A stretch of DNA of 64,000 nt from Octopus vulgaris (lineage: Eukaryota): assembly GCA_951406725.2 (NCBI GenBank), contig OX597818.1, positions 101,370,001 to 101,434,000 on the forward strand, given 5' to 3'. The position numbers and the translations under genes are program-made. The notes under the pieces are model-generated. The model searched no databases, was not told the origin of the DNA, and saw only the letters and a program-made list of their open reading frames with translations. Below are positions 1 to 13,160 of this stretch, one piece after another; within the stretch, counting starts at the first letter, position 1; every line of letters starts with the position of its first letter.

Positions 1-1422
1 CAGCGGAACCCTGTGTTAGTAACCCTGGACATATTTGACGTATTGTTTAATTGATTCAACCTTTTCTTTTAAGAATCTATACGAACACTCACTAGAAATC
101 TTTCCTTGGTTTTCACATTTGCTCCTTTCGCCGCCCAGAAACTTAAATTATATATGGTCTCATCAGTTATATAAATTTGCTTTTTCCACATGGTTAGTGG
201 TGGCGTTTTTGTTAGATTTAACGTGGTGTGTGTTTATTCCTGTAGATTATGTTTCTGCATGTTGTTCTGTTTATTGACTTGGAAGTTTTCGAAATTGAAA
301 CTTCTTTCAAAACACATTCATATAGTAAACGCTTCCATCACTATCTCCTTAAACATTATAGCGTGCACTTTATTCATACCTGAAATGATCCAACGAAAAA
401 TATTGAATTTTCAATGACATGATACCTTGGAAATATTACATTGTTATGTTTTCGGCTGACCTTGTGTAGTCATGGGCTTGCACGTTTATTCTATTTTTGT
501 GTTTTGAACCAAAACGTTTTCGTAATAATTCATATTATTTCCATACCACTACTCATTATTGTCTCCTTCACTTGTTCTCCTTATAACATTCATTTCTAAT
601 ATATTTGAAGTGGTTCTTTATAAAAATGTGGTTGTTGGAGTAGAGCTATTTGATATCTTCAAAGAACCTAGGCTACTGAAGTGGATTCTGTTGTTTCCGG
701 AATCTTTTGATATTTTAGTTTTTGTTATGTTATATTTCTGTAGTATTTCTCTTACATTTTCTGTTAATGATTTCATGAAATATCCATGAGTATTTTCACA
801 TATTCCGTATTTTTACTTTTTCAACTACCCCTGCTGCTGTTTCTGATATTGTTGCATCTGTATATAAATGATCGAAGGATCACCACTTTATATTGTCTTT
901 ACAGTGGATTGTGCAAACATATATTCATTGACTCCTGTGGTACATATGAAAAATTGTTTATACGTAGCTTTCTAGCATTCATAAAACAGCTTCTGTGTAG
1001 TAATATGAGTTCGATAAAGACGATTATGCAATGCCTTGCTGGACAAAAATCACGGATGAATAGTTTGTAGTGGTAACATATTCCAGCTTCAAATTGACAT
1101 TGTCTCTACAGACGAACGGTGTGATCGGAGAGCAACGGCAGATGAATAATTTTACCCAAGAGGACAATGAATCGTGTGGTCCAGAAATCGGCTCCAAGAT
1201 CTGGTGATCGTGAAAGCACCAACGTAACCAGTAACATATATTCCTTCATACTTCTATTCATAGCTCCTTTTTATACATTCATCCTATGTGCAAATCGATG
1301 AGAAAAGTTTATTTCATATGCTGTGATTTTTCATCATTTTCGTAGGTTTTGTTTCGACTTGACATGGTTCATTAATATAATAGAATATATTATGAGGAAT
1401 CATTTACGAGTATCTTCACATA

Positions 1423-1569
1423 GGCGCACGAGTGGCTGTGGGGTAAGTTGCTTGCTTACGAACCACATGGTCCCTGGTTCAGTCCCAAATTGGGCAAGTG
1501 TCTTCTTCTATAGCCTCAGGCCAACCAAAACCTTGTGAGTAGATTTGGTAGACGGAAATGTATATATAC

Positions 1570-1620
<51 letters not shown>

Positions 1621-1899
1621 TATATACAAATGTATATATATATATATTTATATATATACATATATATATATATATACATATGTATATATGTATGTATGTG
1701 TGTATATGTTTGTGTGTCTGTTTCCCCCCCCCCAATCATCGCTTGACAACGGATGCTAGTGTGTTTACGTCCCCGTAACTTTGCGGTTCGGTAAAAATGA
1801 CTGATAGAATAAGTACTAGGCTTACAAAGAATCAGCTATGGAGTCTATTTGCTCGACTATAAAAGCGGTACTCCAGTATCGACTGAAGCATGTAAAAGA
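1423..1899 (+). mobile_element. tRNA-derived SINE (family 1) with internal (TA)n/(TG)n tract
   Basis: tRNA-like head GGCGCACGAGTGGCTGTGGGGTAAG...GGTTCAGTCCC, body TTGGGCAAGTGTCTTC...GATTTGGTAGACGGAAA, microsatellite, tail GCGGTACTCCAG...TGTAAAAGA. Homologous copies at 22049 and 41130. Confidence 0.85.
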
Positions 1900-4719
1900 C
1901 TAGTGGTTCGTATTTGATATGAACTTCCTTTTTTAAGCTTCTTATAAAATACGGTGAATAACATATAGTATTTTCTCTGAAAAATTAGGCTAACAGACTG
2001 GGATCAAAACTTATGGTGAAAGTTTTATTTGATTGCAGGTAGAGACCTTACGGGATATTTACATTTTTAACAAACAGTGAAATTACGCTGATTCGCGAAA
2101 GCCTAGCATAATAAAGACTTTTCAAGATGAAATTAAACGAGTCCTCACAACCACTGAAATAGCGTCTTATGTATTAGACATCGAATGCATAAGGCTAAAT
2201 TGCGTTAATAACAAACGAGTGTGTGTAAATCGAACTAAAAGTCCCGTTCCTGTAAAGAGTAGTCTGTGAGGATAGCATTGTATAGGATAAATTTATGGCA
2301 TGGGATAGTACTGGTATTAAAATATTATCATATTATTTATTCCAAAATGACGTGGCTACAACATCAATGTTCATTTTCAAGAAAGGGAATATATATTAGA
2401 TCATTATGTATGTCAAGCTGATGCTTAATGAAGTATTTGAATATAACATTCCTGCACGTTCGATATTACTACTTATTTTTTCAGCCATATAGGCTAATGT
2501 CTTTTCATCGTTATTATTATTAATACATAATTATTATAGGCTATCATTGAGAAGGTACCATCAAGCAAGACACCTAGGAGTACTTGCAAATTCATAGTTA
2601 AGTATGTTCCCGAAAAAATAGTTAGAAATGAGAAGAGGTTTTTGACATTCTAACGCACTTCAACTAAGATTTATGTGATATAAAATGGAAGTTGCAAACT
2701 GCAGCAGGTAGCTGCGATTGCTTACAATGCTTGGATAAAATACACATATACAAATTATCTACTCACACCAATAAAATACGTCTCAAATGAGTAATTGTGA
2801 AAAATGTTTGAATGTGAGTAAACTGAAATTCATTAGTCTTTTCCGAAGACTTGAATAAATTTCAAACGCAAGACCTTGAAGAAACAAAATAGATCTGGTA
2901 CACTGAAAAATGAGATGAACTATGGGTGACAAATACACAAGAGGTTAAAACATTTGCAAGTGCGAGCTGTTCATTTATTGCATCAGTAGTGTGTCTCCAC
3001 TATATGAATAACGGATACTAGTAGGCCTAGTATTGCCTACGTTTAGCGAAAGTGATTTCTGGGGTGAAGTATATTGGATCATCTTCCCTCGCCCACTGCT
3101 GAAAAGCCATTGCGCATCTCCATATAATTGATTATAATCTGCCTCTACTCTTAAGCGTATCAGAGAGCGTAATCAGTAGCTTTGATATACCCACTAGACA
3201 CACGCCTAAATCAGTTTATCTAGCATATGTAATACATAAACTTTTCATACCCCATCTAAAGTAACGTTTGTAATATGCAATTTAATTGAAGGCCAAAACT
3301 GGAAATTATCTTTCTTTTGAGAATACGTTTTCATTCTTCTTTATATTTTTCTGTCTGTTATTTTATGCTTGAGTTTTGAAGCACAAATAATATTTTTCTA
3401 CATATACTAAAACGAAAATATATATGTTCTTGTATAACGTACGTGGTTACTAAAATGTTGTGTTTAACTATCATTTCTATTTCCGATTAGAGCTGTGTTC
3501 AGTAATTATTAAAGTGTTTCCAGAAAGTCATTATTAATAAAATTTTATTCCAAAACATTTTAAGTTTCGTCTTTCATATGGGGAGAGTACGTGCATCCGA
3601 AGAAATGAATTTTTCTGTCTTGTACCAAGCATATAGAAATTGTGTCAATCTTCTACCATATTAAAAAAAAATCATGATTTCTTATAATGGAATACAAGTT
3701 CATATGGATTGTACAAAACAAGACCATCTGCTTAATAAAGAAACAATAAGTGATTTGTGAATCTCATGTTGGAAAGCCTGGCCACAATAAGGTAGAAAAC
3801 GAATATGTTTCCAGTTATAATCCTTAGAAATTGAAAGCTGAGATTAAAACATCGCTTACGTACTAGAAGATTACATATCTTACACATATCCGCTACCACG
3901 TGATTATCTACGATAGTCACAAGATTAGGAATACGGAATATATGTTCAACTAACATATATGTCTTTGATTAATCAATCGTAGGTACAAGAACGTCAAATG
4001 CTACGGTTTTATTTGCAAACGTAATTTGAATTTTGAATAAAGGTCTGAAATATGCAAACACATTATATATCAATAAAATGCAAATATTTTATATTGAAGC
4101 ATATTTTAAAGATGGGTTAACTATAAATATATTTATCAGCAAAAATGCTAATGGCTATAATATAGAGTGTATATCCGCAGTTATGTTTTTAGGTGCTTTA
4201 GAAGGTAATCGATGAAAAATGTATATGAAGGATTCTCTACGCGGTTGTATAAAATACCGAGTTGTGCTAAATGAGACATTGGTTAGAAAATATTTGCATG
4301 CAGAAAATGATTATTGCATACTTAAGTGACTGTAGCGTGTTTCAAAACTATAACAACGTAATTCTCATATATTAATTTATTACTGTTTCGCATGAGATCG
4401 AACGGCTAGGCAGGATTTATCTGTGCATCCATGAATATATCAAGGAATACATACGGGATATTTCTCAAAATATATTGATGCATTTGGGAAAATAGAAATC
4501 CCAAATAAAAATCATAATTTGCATATCGTAACATAATACTGGAAAGAATAATTCCCAGGTTTATCAAATAGTATTTGAGCTAAAGAGAACTCAAAATCTG
4601 TGTTACGTTACCAGATGAGTGTATATTAATATTGTGTAAAACATAAGGCAAATAAATCTTTTCAGATTTGCCACTGGGGAAAGGGACTGAAATTCATCGG
4701 TGGTAATTAGCAATTTGTT

Positions 4720-5530
4720 TTATGACATACTTGTCTAGATATAATAGAACATGCGTTCTACAAGCTTTCTTCCTGCCACCTTTCAGTTCTTCTGGTAGTA
4801 AATTCTGGTTGTCAAGGTGCTTGCAAATGCTTTCTGAAAGCATTCCTGTTAACAGCTTCCACACTAAGGATAAGCAAGAGATTTGTCTATAGTTGCTAGC
4901 TGCATTACTCTTGTTCTTATCTTCAATAATGTGTATTTTATGTTATTATTTCTCGATTAAGGTAATCTTGAAGTTGTTACCCCAGCCTTCCATGTAAACT
5001 CCTAAAATTCCTTAGCCAGTACCTTTCAATAAAATCTGTTACTTGACACCTCCAATTCAGCATTCTACCTAACACTGTACTCATTAATGCATTAGTTAAT
5101 CTTAGATTTCGCTGCTTCTTATTCTCTACTTTTACCATCACTTTCTTTAAGAATACTGCATCACAATTAAGGTTGATTGGTTTATCCCAAATATTACTCT
5201 AAAACATCCTATCTTCTGCATTAGGATTGCCATCTTCAGTACTTCGTTCTCCACTATTTATTTGGTAATAATATATCCTGTGGTCTGTCTCAATTGATCT
5301 ATTCTGTTGATACTGATCTATTCGTTTTTCTGATATCTGGAGAGCTTGACTGCTACTGCTATGATACGCTGTTTTAACTATTCTATTACTGTCTAAATTC
5401 TTTCTCTTTGACTAGATCAATAAGTCAGTCTCCCCTATATTTTTAGTATCCATCCTACGGATAACATAATCTACTTTCCGAGTAATTCCTAGCAGCTTCA
5501 TTATGTTGGTATCATTACTACAGTTCTTGT
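4720..5530 (-). mobile_element. Degenerate R4/Dong-clade non-LTR retrotransposon fragment (pre-RT region and RT start)
   Basis: Minus-strand translation gives LKQRIIAVAVKLSRYQK, NWRCQVTDFIERYWLRNFRSLH and NYRQISCLSLVWKLLTGMLSESICKHLDNQNLLPEELKGGRKK, matching the ORFs at 48214 and 51644. Contains stops and frameshifts. Confidence 0.8.
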
Positions 5531-5534
5531 TATT

Positions 5535-5903
5535 GATTGAGAGAGCAGCGCATGCCATCAAAGAGACACTGGGGTACAAGTCTACGAAGCCCAATATACA
5601 CATCATGATTACCAGTCCGATACGGGTACACGAGGCATATGCATCACAATGACATTTGCGTGACATGGTAACCGTATATCAAACTAAACAGCGCATGACC
5701 TTGCAGGTGGGGCCCAGAGAGCCACATATTGACAGACATGAAGTGACATACTCAACTGCATAAGGTCAAACAACTGACAAGCAAACGTGCGGCATTTAGC
5801 AGAATATTTACAGTAGCCCATATTTTATACCAAGACAAACCAATGCACATCATAACGCTTCCAATCCGTTAGGATCAGTAGCCATAAGAGCCACCGCTTG
5901 GAC
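5535..5903 (-). mobile_element. Internally deleted, diverged copy of the ~560-bp (TAA)n-associated non-coding element
   Basis: Colinear with 17255-17809 (GCATGCCATCAAA..ACACTGGGGT, GACCTTGCAGGTGGGGCCCAG, AAGGTCAAACAACTGACAAGCAAA) but missing the central part. Confidence 0.8.
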
Positions 5904-5904
5904 A

Positions 5905-5906
5905 AT

Positions 5907-5960
<54 letters not shown>

Positions 5961-6040
5961 AATTACTACTACTGCTACTGATGCTGCTACTACTACTACT
6001 ACTACTACTACTGCTGCTGCTGCTGTTTCTGCAGCTGCTG

Positions 6041-6127
<87 letters not shown>

Positions 6128-6128
6128 T
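5905..6128. repeat. (CTA)n/(CTG)n compound microsatellite
   Basis: Directly visible. Confidence 0.95.
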
Positions 6129-7361
6129 TAATATCATTATAGATAGACCATTTTAATATCAGCGAAATAAATGGTAATAGATCCTACAACGATAGTAATA
6201 ATGTTAATATTTGTATAATATATATAAAATAAACTGTGATGGAATATGATTGATAACAGGATTGATATTATGATCGATAACGGTATACATTTGCTCTTGT
6301 TCTGTTACATCTTGGCATGATTTGAATAATATAATTAATTTTACCTACGGGCATCTCCACAAGAGTGGTCTATGCTAAACATGGATAACTTTCATTGCTG
6401 TTTTGAAATATGGTATTGGTAACAGATAACATTGAAAAACTGTCTAGTGCTTAATAATATACAGTGTATGCATTGCCTGTTTTCAGTTCATGCTGCATTC
6501 GTGTAACTTCAGACGCTCTATGATCCTCGAAAGAGTGTTAAATTTAATCCTTGCAAGCTCTGACTTTTCCATGTGCATTTTGGATGCTTAGTCTATGCAG
6601 AAACGATACGGTAGTGATGGATCGATAGGGTGTGTCATTAATTTCAGTATTCTTGGGTGATTGATGTTCTATATTATTTTCGTTCAGACATCAGTCGTAC
6701 CGTAATGATTAAGCTCTGTTTTCCTTTGGATACTTGTTCAGCTGAACCAACATGCTTCCATTCTCTGGCGTACAAATCATATATACTTAATATGTTACTT
6801 TTGTCGCTTATGGGGGACACTGCATCGGTATTCAACACCTTTCTTCGTGTACATGCACCAAACATTTCGGATAATAATAATCGTTTATTTAACAAGATTA
6901 TTCATGTTATCATTTGGTCCGATATTAATTTATGAATTCATTTGCATGGAAACACATGACGATTTTTCGATTCTATTATATAAAGGAGATTCAGATAGGT
7001 AATTCGAATCAATATTATACACTATTCGTGAAGTAAATCTCTATCGAGAAGAGAACAGGTGGAAGACTATATTTTGGTTATTGCCAGGTTAGGATAAAAT
7101 GTATCGTTCGATATCGATTTCTAAAACCTTTACTATACAACTTTGTATATGAAGTACGTTCCGTAAACACACTGCTTTTTCTTTTATTTTATTAAGAACA
7201 TAACATTAATTTTTTACCAGTTTTCATAGCTATAATATTTAGTATATTTATCTCGGCTTGATTAATATTGTGTGATTAATAATATTGTATAATGACTACG
7301 TTTCTTATTATACATGAGGAGCGGAGACTAATATTGTCATTAATATTGGATTGAAGCTGAA

Positions 7362-7720
7362 GGTGTCGAGCTGGCAGAATAATTAGCACACCGGCGAAAT
7401 GCTACGTTCTGAGTTCAAATTCCGCCGAGGTCGACTTGCCTTTCATCCTTTCCGAGTCGATAAATTATGTGCCATTTTCGCACTGGGTTCGATATAATGG
7501 ACTTAATCCGTTTGTTCGTCCCCTTGTGGTCAGTAAAGAAATATGAATCGTTAGCGCGCCGTGCACAAAGCTTAGCGGCACTTCATCCGTCTTTACGTCC
7601 TCAGTTTAAATGTCACCGAGGTCGACTTTGCTTCCACCCATACGAGGTCGATAAATTAAATCCCAGTTGATTACACCTTCCCTAAAATTGCTGGCCTTGT
7701 GAAAATTCTGAAACCAATAT
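7362..7720 (+). mobile_element. SINE family 2, tandem dimer
   Basis: GAGCTGGCAGAA..TTAGCAC..GAGTTCAAATTCCGCCGAGGTCGAC..GCCTTTCATCCTTTC..GTCGATAAATT, repeated twice. Same family at 14337 and 44828. Confidence 0.85.
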
Positions 7721-8643
7721 TACATTGAAATTTAAACTGCATATCTCGTTCCCTAGAAAATATGTGGAGGTCAGTTGGCATACACATATATACGAGGGTT
7801 TACACTTAATTAGGTTTATGTGTCCATTATATCAAGATACTAGACCACTTTCAAGCAGTGTACGTTGTCTGATCTCGAAGACGATGTTGATGCCGTTGAT
7901 GTTAGCCATATGAATAATAGCCATATAGGTAATGGCAGTAGTAATAGTATGAATACGGAAAACAAGTACAAAAACATCTACTACTATTAGTAGTAGTACT
8001 ATATAAACGAAAAGAGAGAGAAAGTGGGATACAGGCAAATACAACGACAAAAATAGAGATATACAGTAGGCTAAGGAAATGGGAAATTCTAAGCAATATG
8101 TTATTTTGTATTTGTTTAATTCCTACGCTGTTTAATGATATATATTTTTGAGCATATATGCAGTGTATGGAATATATTATTTTTGATATTCTCAGACGTC
8201 AGCAATCCATTAAATTTTCCAACACTCCACTCGATAGATATCTCATGGTTTACGTATATTATGGGAACTTTTTGTATTAATTTTATTGCATTCCCGGCAG
8301 TAGAGTGAGTAGCTCGAAAGGCGAAGGTCAATTGATTTGGTCTCATATATTTACATCTGCTATCAGATCAAACAAATGCTTATTCTTCAAAACACATGTT
8401 AGAAACTGTAAAATAGCACTCTCAGATCACCACAGCTTCTCATAAATGCATAGATCTACTATTGATGTTGGTTTTGTTAATATTTTATTTTCATTCAAGC
8501 GTATTTCTTCATAGATAGAATCCACGCTTGTGAACACAGATTCTGAATTTCTGTGTATTGATATAGTTATACCGGTATACCCAAAAGCCTTATGTGCAAA
8601 CATTTGCATATTAGATGTTATGTTTATATAGAGTGAGTATAGC

Positions 8644-8831
<188 letters not shown>

Positions 8832-8861
8832 TTGAGTTGTGGGGTATCGCACGAGTGGGAT

Positions 8862-9567
8862 TATATAAGAAAAAAGGTTTGAAAATGCAATTTAAACGAT
8901 GTTTATTTACTTAACCGGTTTCACTCTTTGGTAAAAGATTGTCAAAAGTTACATTTAAGGAAACATTGAATAATATGGGTTCAAAAAAAAGTTTTTTACA
9001 TAATTGTCACATTGAATATTATGCATTCAAAAAAGTTTTTTACATAATTGTCACATTGGATATTATGGGTTCAAAAAAGTTTTTTACATAATTGTCACAT
9101 TGAATATTATGCATTCAAAAAAGTTTTTTACATAATTGTCACATTGGATATTATGAATTCAAAAATGTTTTTATACATAATTGTCACATTATTTGGGAAA
9201 ATTTGGCAGAAAAGGATAAAACAAATATATTATTGGGAATTGGTTGCGTTAATTATTGGTTGTCGCAAATTGTCACATTACATGTATATATATACAATCT
9301 TTGGTATATATATACAGCGTTTTGACAGCAAAAATTAAAATGGATTTTTTGTCCATCTCAGAATATTTTAAGTATGTTTTTACTGACCTGTTAGTATTAG
9401 CAGAAAGGCTGAACTGAGAGAACAGAAGTAGCCAATGTGGTGTATACTTCCCCTTTATGCATGAATGATTTTGGGGTTATCAGGAGGTTAGTATGCGGGT
9501 GTGAATAGATGTGTCCGTGCCTGCTGGTCAGACAGCGTCTGTTTGTCACACACATATATATACACAC

Positions 9568-9613
<46 letters not shown>

Positions 9614-10903
9614 ACAAACACACACCACATACAGACAACACACACACACACAGAACACACACACCCACACACAACGCACCCACATATATCACATATACAC
9701 AGCACACAAATATAACATGTATCTATATACAATATACACAGATATATAACACACATACACACACACACACACAACACACGCACACATACATACATAATAT
9801 AAATATCACACAAATACACCTAGCATATATATATACACACATACAATACAAACATACAGCATGTAAGTAATATACATACACAATATATTGTGTATGTATA
9901 TTACTTACATGCTGTATGTTTGTATTGTATGTGTGTATATATATATGCTAGGTGTATTTGTGTGATATTTATATTATGTATGTATGTGTGCGTGTGTTGT
10001 GTGTGTGTGTGTGTATGTGTGTTATATATCTGTGTATATTATATATAGATACATGTTATATTTGTGTGCTGTGTATATGTGTGATATATGTGGGTGCGTT
10101 GTGTGTGGGTGTGTGTGTTCTGTGTGTGTGTGTGTTGTCTGTATGTGGTTTGTGTTTGTATACTATGTGTGTGTGTGTGTGTGTTGTTGTGTGTGTGTGT
10201 GTTTGTGTGTATATATATGTGTGTGACAAACAGACGCTGTCTGACCAGCAGGCACGGACATCTATTCACACCCGCATACTAACCTCCTGATAACCCCAAA
10301 ATCATTCATGCATAAAGGGGAAGTATACACCACATTGGCTACTTCTGTTCTCTCAGTTCAGCCTTTCTGCTAATACTAACAGGTCAGTAAAAACATACTT
10401 AAAATATTCTGAGATGGACAAAAAATCCATTTTAATTTTTGCTGTCAAAGCGCTGTATATATATACCAAAGATTGTATATATATACATGTAATGTGACAA
10501 TTTGCGACAACCAATAATTAACGCAACCAATTCCCAATAATATATTTGTTTTATCCTTTTCTGCCAAATTTTCCCAAATAATGTGACAATTATGTATAAA
10601 AACATTTTGAATTCATAATATCCAATGTGACAATTATATAAAACTTTTTTGAATGCATAATTATTCAATGTGACAATTATGTAAAAACTTTTTTGAACCC
10701 ATAATATCCAATGTGACAATTATGTAAAAAACTTTTTTGAATGCATAATATTCAATGTGACAATTATGTAAAAACTTTTTTTGAACCCATATTATTCAAT
10801 GTTTCCTTAAATGTAACTTTTGACAATCTTTTACCAAAGAGTGAAACCGGTTAAGTAAATAAACATCGTTTAAATTGCATTTTCAAACCTTTTTTCTTAT
10901 ATA
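8862..10903. repeat. ~2-kb spacer-less palindrome (two ~1-kb inverted arms)
   Basis: Centre CAATATATTG at 9881-9890. The arms are reverse complements out to TATATAAGAAAAAAGGTTTG / CAAACCTTTTTTCTTATATA, with a few substitutions and indels. Confidence 0.95.
8965..9192 (+). repeat. ~43-bp minisatellite, about 5 copies (mirror copy at ~10580-10800)
   Basis: Unit TTCAAAAAAGTTTTTACATAATTGTCACATTG(A/G)ATATTATG(CA/GG). Confidence 0.9.
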
Positions 10904-11071
10904 TATATATATATATAGATAGATAGATAGATAGATAAATAGATAAATAAGGATAGATATATCCATATATATACATAAGTATATATATATATGTATATAC
11001 ATACATATATCTATATATATACATATATATGCATATATATACATATATATATACATATATATACATATATA

Positions 11072-11138
<67 letters not shown>

Positions 11139-11859
11139 ATATATATAAAGCGAACAATTATAGAAACTCCACATAGTGTAATACTGACTAATATCTGGAA
11201 TCTATAATTCCATATTATCATGTATTTGTTTTTTCCTTTTACACGAACAATCAATCTAACTCAGTATCATTGGAATGCATGTGAACAATAGCGTTAATTT
11301 AAGCGTCATACGCAAACTATTCACTTAGAGTTTTAGATAAATCTTTATTATACTCATTCTCCTCAAATCTAATTGACTACTGCATTCCCTTGTTGGCATT
11401 TTGAGTGTAACATATATAATCATAATTCAATGAGATTCTAATTATTGGTTCTTGCGTTATTTCTATTTACAGTTTAAGTTGTCTGGGTGACAGATATACT
11501 TTGTTTTCAGAAAGCGACTTTTTTTCTCTCATTTCAGACCCAAGGACAGTATAAATTGTCGTATAGCCATCACAAAATATTTACTCCATAACATATTGCT
11601 AGTAAGCAAATCAGAATTAAATTTCAATGACAAGTTTGCCTTGATATCTCCAGTAGTGATGATATTTTCCCCAATCATCCCATTCTCTTTCTGTCACCCA
11701 TTCCAATTCTAATTCTGTTACCAGGTTAAACGTTCACCGCAACAAACTTGGAACGCCTGCCGGATATTTCATATTTCCCTCAAATCGTTCATTATCTTCT
11801 TTCGTTCAAATGAAGAAAGTTCTTCGATATAGTTTAAGATAATTACAAGACTATGTAAT

Positions 11860-12300
11860 TTTTTAATATGCTGGCCATTGATAAAATTTTTTTCGAAAAC
11901 TTTTATCCTATATTAGATGTAAATTTAATGGTGATCACTTCCGGACTCTCTCACCCTATGGGAGTTTTCAGTTCGAATCGCACGTGCCTCGAGATGTGCT
12001 GAAGAATTTCTATTTTGGATATATTTGAGGTGCTTACGTCTGCTCATGAATTAGTGCTTGCTTCTTCCATAGGTATGAGTAAGTATTTCATTTATGTCTT
12101 ACGTATTTATCGCTGACGAGTACAACATTTTTAAGAATTAACTCTGACCAATACGGTAATAACGAATTGTTTAGAAATTTTTGTCGGCTTACTTCGAGAC
12201 GCGTATTTATAGTGATGAATTATATGGTTATTGAGAATTTATCTTTTTACGGCATATTAGGCATTAGAATTTTTTCTTTTGCCCTTGTTTATAAATTATA
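11860..12300 (+). mobile_element. Diverged monomer of the 483-bp HHR-bearing repeat family
   Basis: Reverse complement of 28641-29100 (AATATGCTGGCCATTGATAAAATTTTTTTCGAAAA, GGTATGAGTAAGTAT, GGCATATT..CATTAGAA). Retains CTGACGA near 12113 but the rest of the HHR is eroded. Confidence 0.8.
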
Positions 12301-12412
12301 TATATATATATTTAATGTACAATAATGGTATAGTAAGTTTTGCTTCATATATTGGCATACTTTCAGGACTGAATAATTTGATGGGACTTTCATGCGTTTA
12401 ACTACTTAAGCA

Positions 12413-12478
<66 letters not shown>

Positions 12479-12599
12479 GAGGGTACTATTATTCATAGGT
12501 ACCGCACGCTAGGAGGGACTTTTGCAGTCAAAACTACTAAAATAAACAAATTGTACCGAATGCAAAACTTCAAAGCAAGTCATTTAAAAACAGAATTTA

Positions 12600-12663
12600 G
12601 TTACATATCACCTGTGATTTCGCAATCAATGCAGAATATGCATTCTATGCTCTTCAGTGCAAC
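12600..12663 (-). ncRNA. Type I hammerhead ribozyme, intact core
   Basis: Minus strand: GUUGCA CUGAAGA GCA-uag-AAUGCA-uauuc-UGCAUU-gau-UGC GAA AUCAC-ag-GUGAU A^ UGUAAC. Stems I, II and III all pair; cleavage triplet AUA. Confidence 0.85.
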
Positions 12664-13096
12664 GAACCCAAGACATATAAGAAAAAACACAACATTACAA
12701 ACCCGACAGCCAACCGTAAAATTCGCCGCAACATGTACGAATGTTTATCTTTACATATATATGAAAATGGTGGGCTTATTCGCAATGCATTTCGGTGAAA
12801 AAATTTGCCTACTCGAAACAAAAATTCAGTATTGAATTGTTCCGGTGAAAAATATAAATTTAAAATTAAGGATAAAATCTTTCTAAGAAATTATCAGTGG
12901 TTAGCGTGGAAAACATCGTAAGAGAAAAAAATCTGTACATTTTTCAACTTTGAAAATATTTATATATATTATATAGAGGGTACTATTATTCATAGGTATC
13001 GCACGCTAGGAGGGATTTTCGCAGTCAAAAGTACTAAAATAAACAAATTGTACCGAATGCAAAACTTCAAAGCAAGTCATTTAAAAACAGAATTTA

Positions 13097-13160
13097 GTTA
13101 CATATCACATGTGATTTCGCAATCAATGCAGAATATGCATTCTATGCTCTTCAGTGCAAC
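13097..13160 (-). ncRNA. Type I hammerhead ribozyme, intact core (second unit)
   Basis: As 12600-12663, but stem III is the perfect palindrome AUCACAUGUGAU. Confidence 0.85.

Noticed and set aside
1-1260. Minus-strand protein-like fragments (MKEYMLLVTLVLS..., KCENQGKISSEC)
   Set aside because: Frames are broken by stops, and I could not support a consistent splice model or domain.
1479-1778. YI/CV/HT-repeat ORFs here and at 9.4-11.2, 16.4, 20.1, 22.2, 41 and 58 kb
   Set aside because: These are translations of dinucleotide microsatellites.
8965-9192. CRISPR-like regular repeats
   Set aside because: No unique spacers, eukaryotic context and no cas genes; it is a minisatellite.
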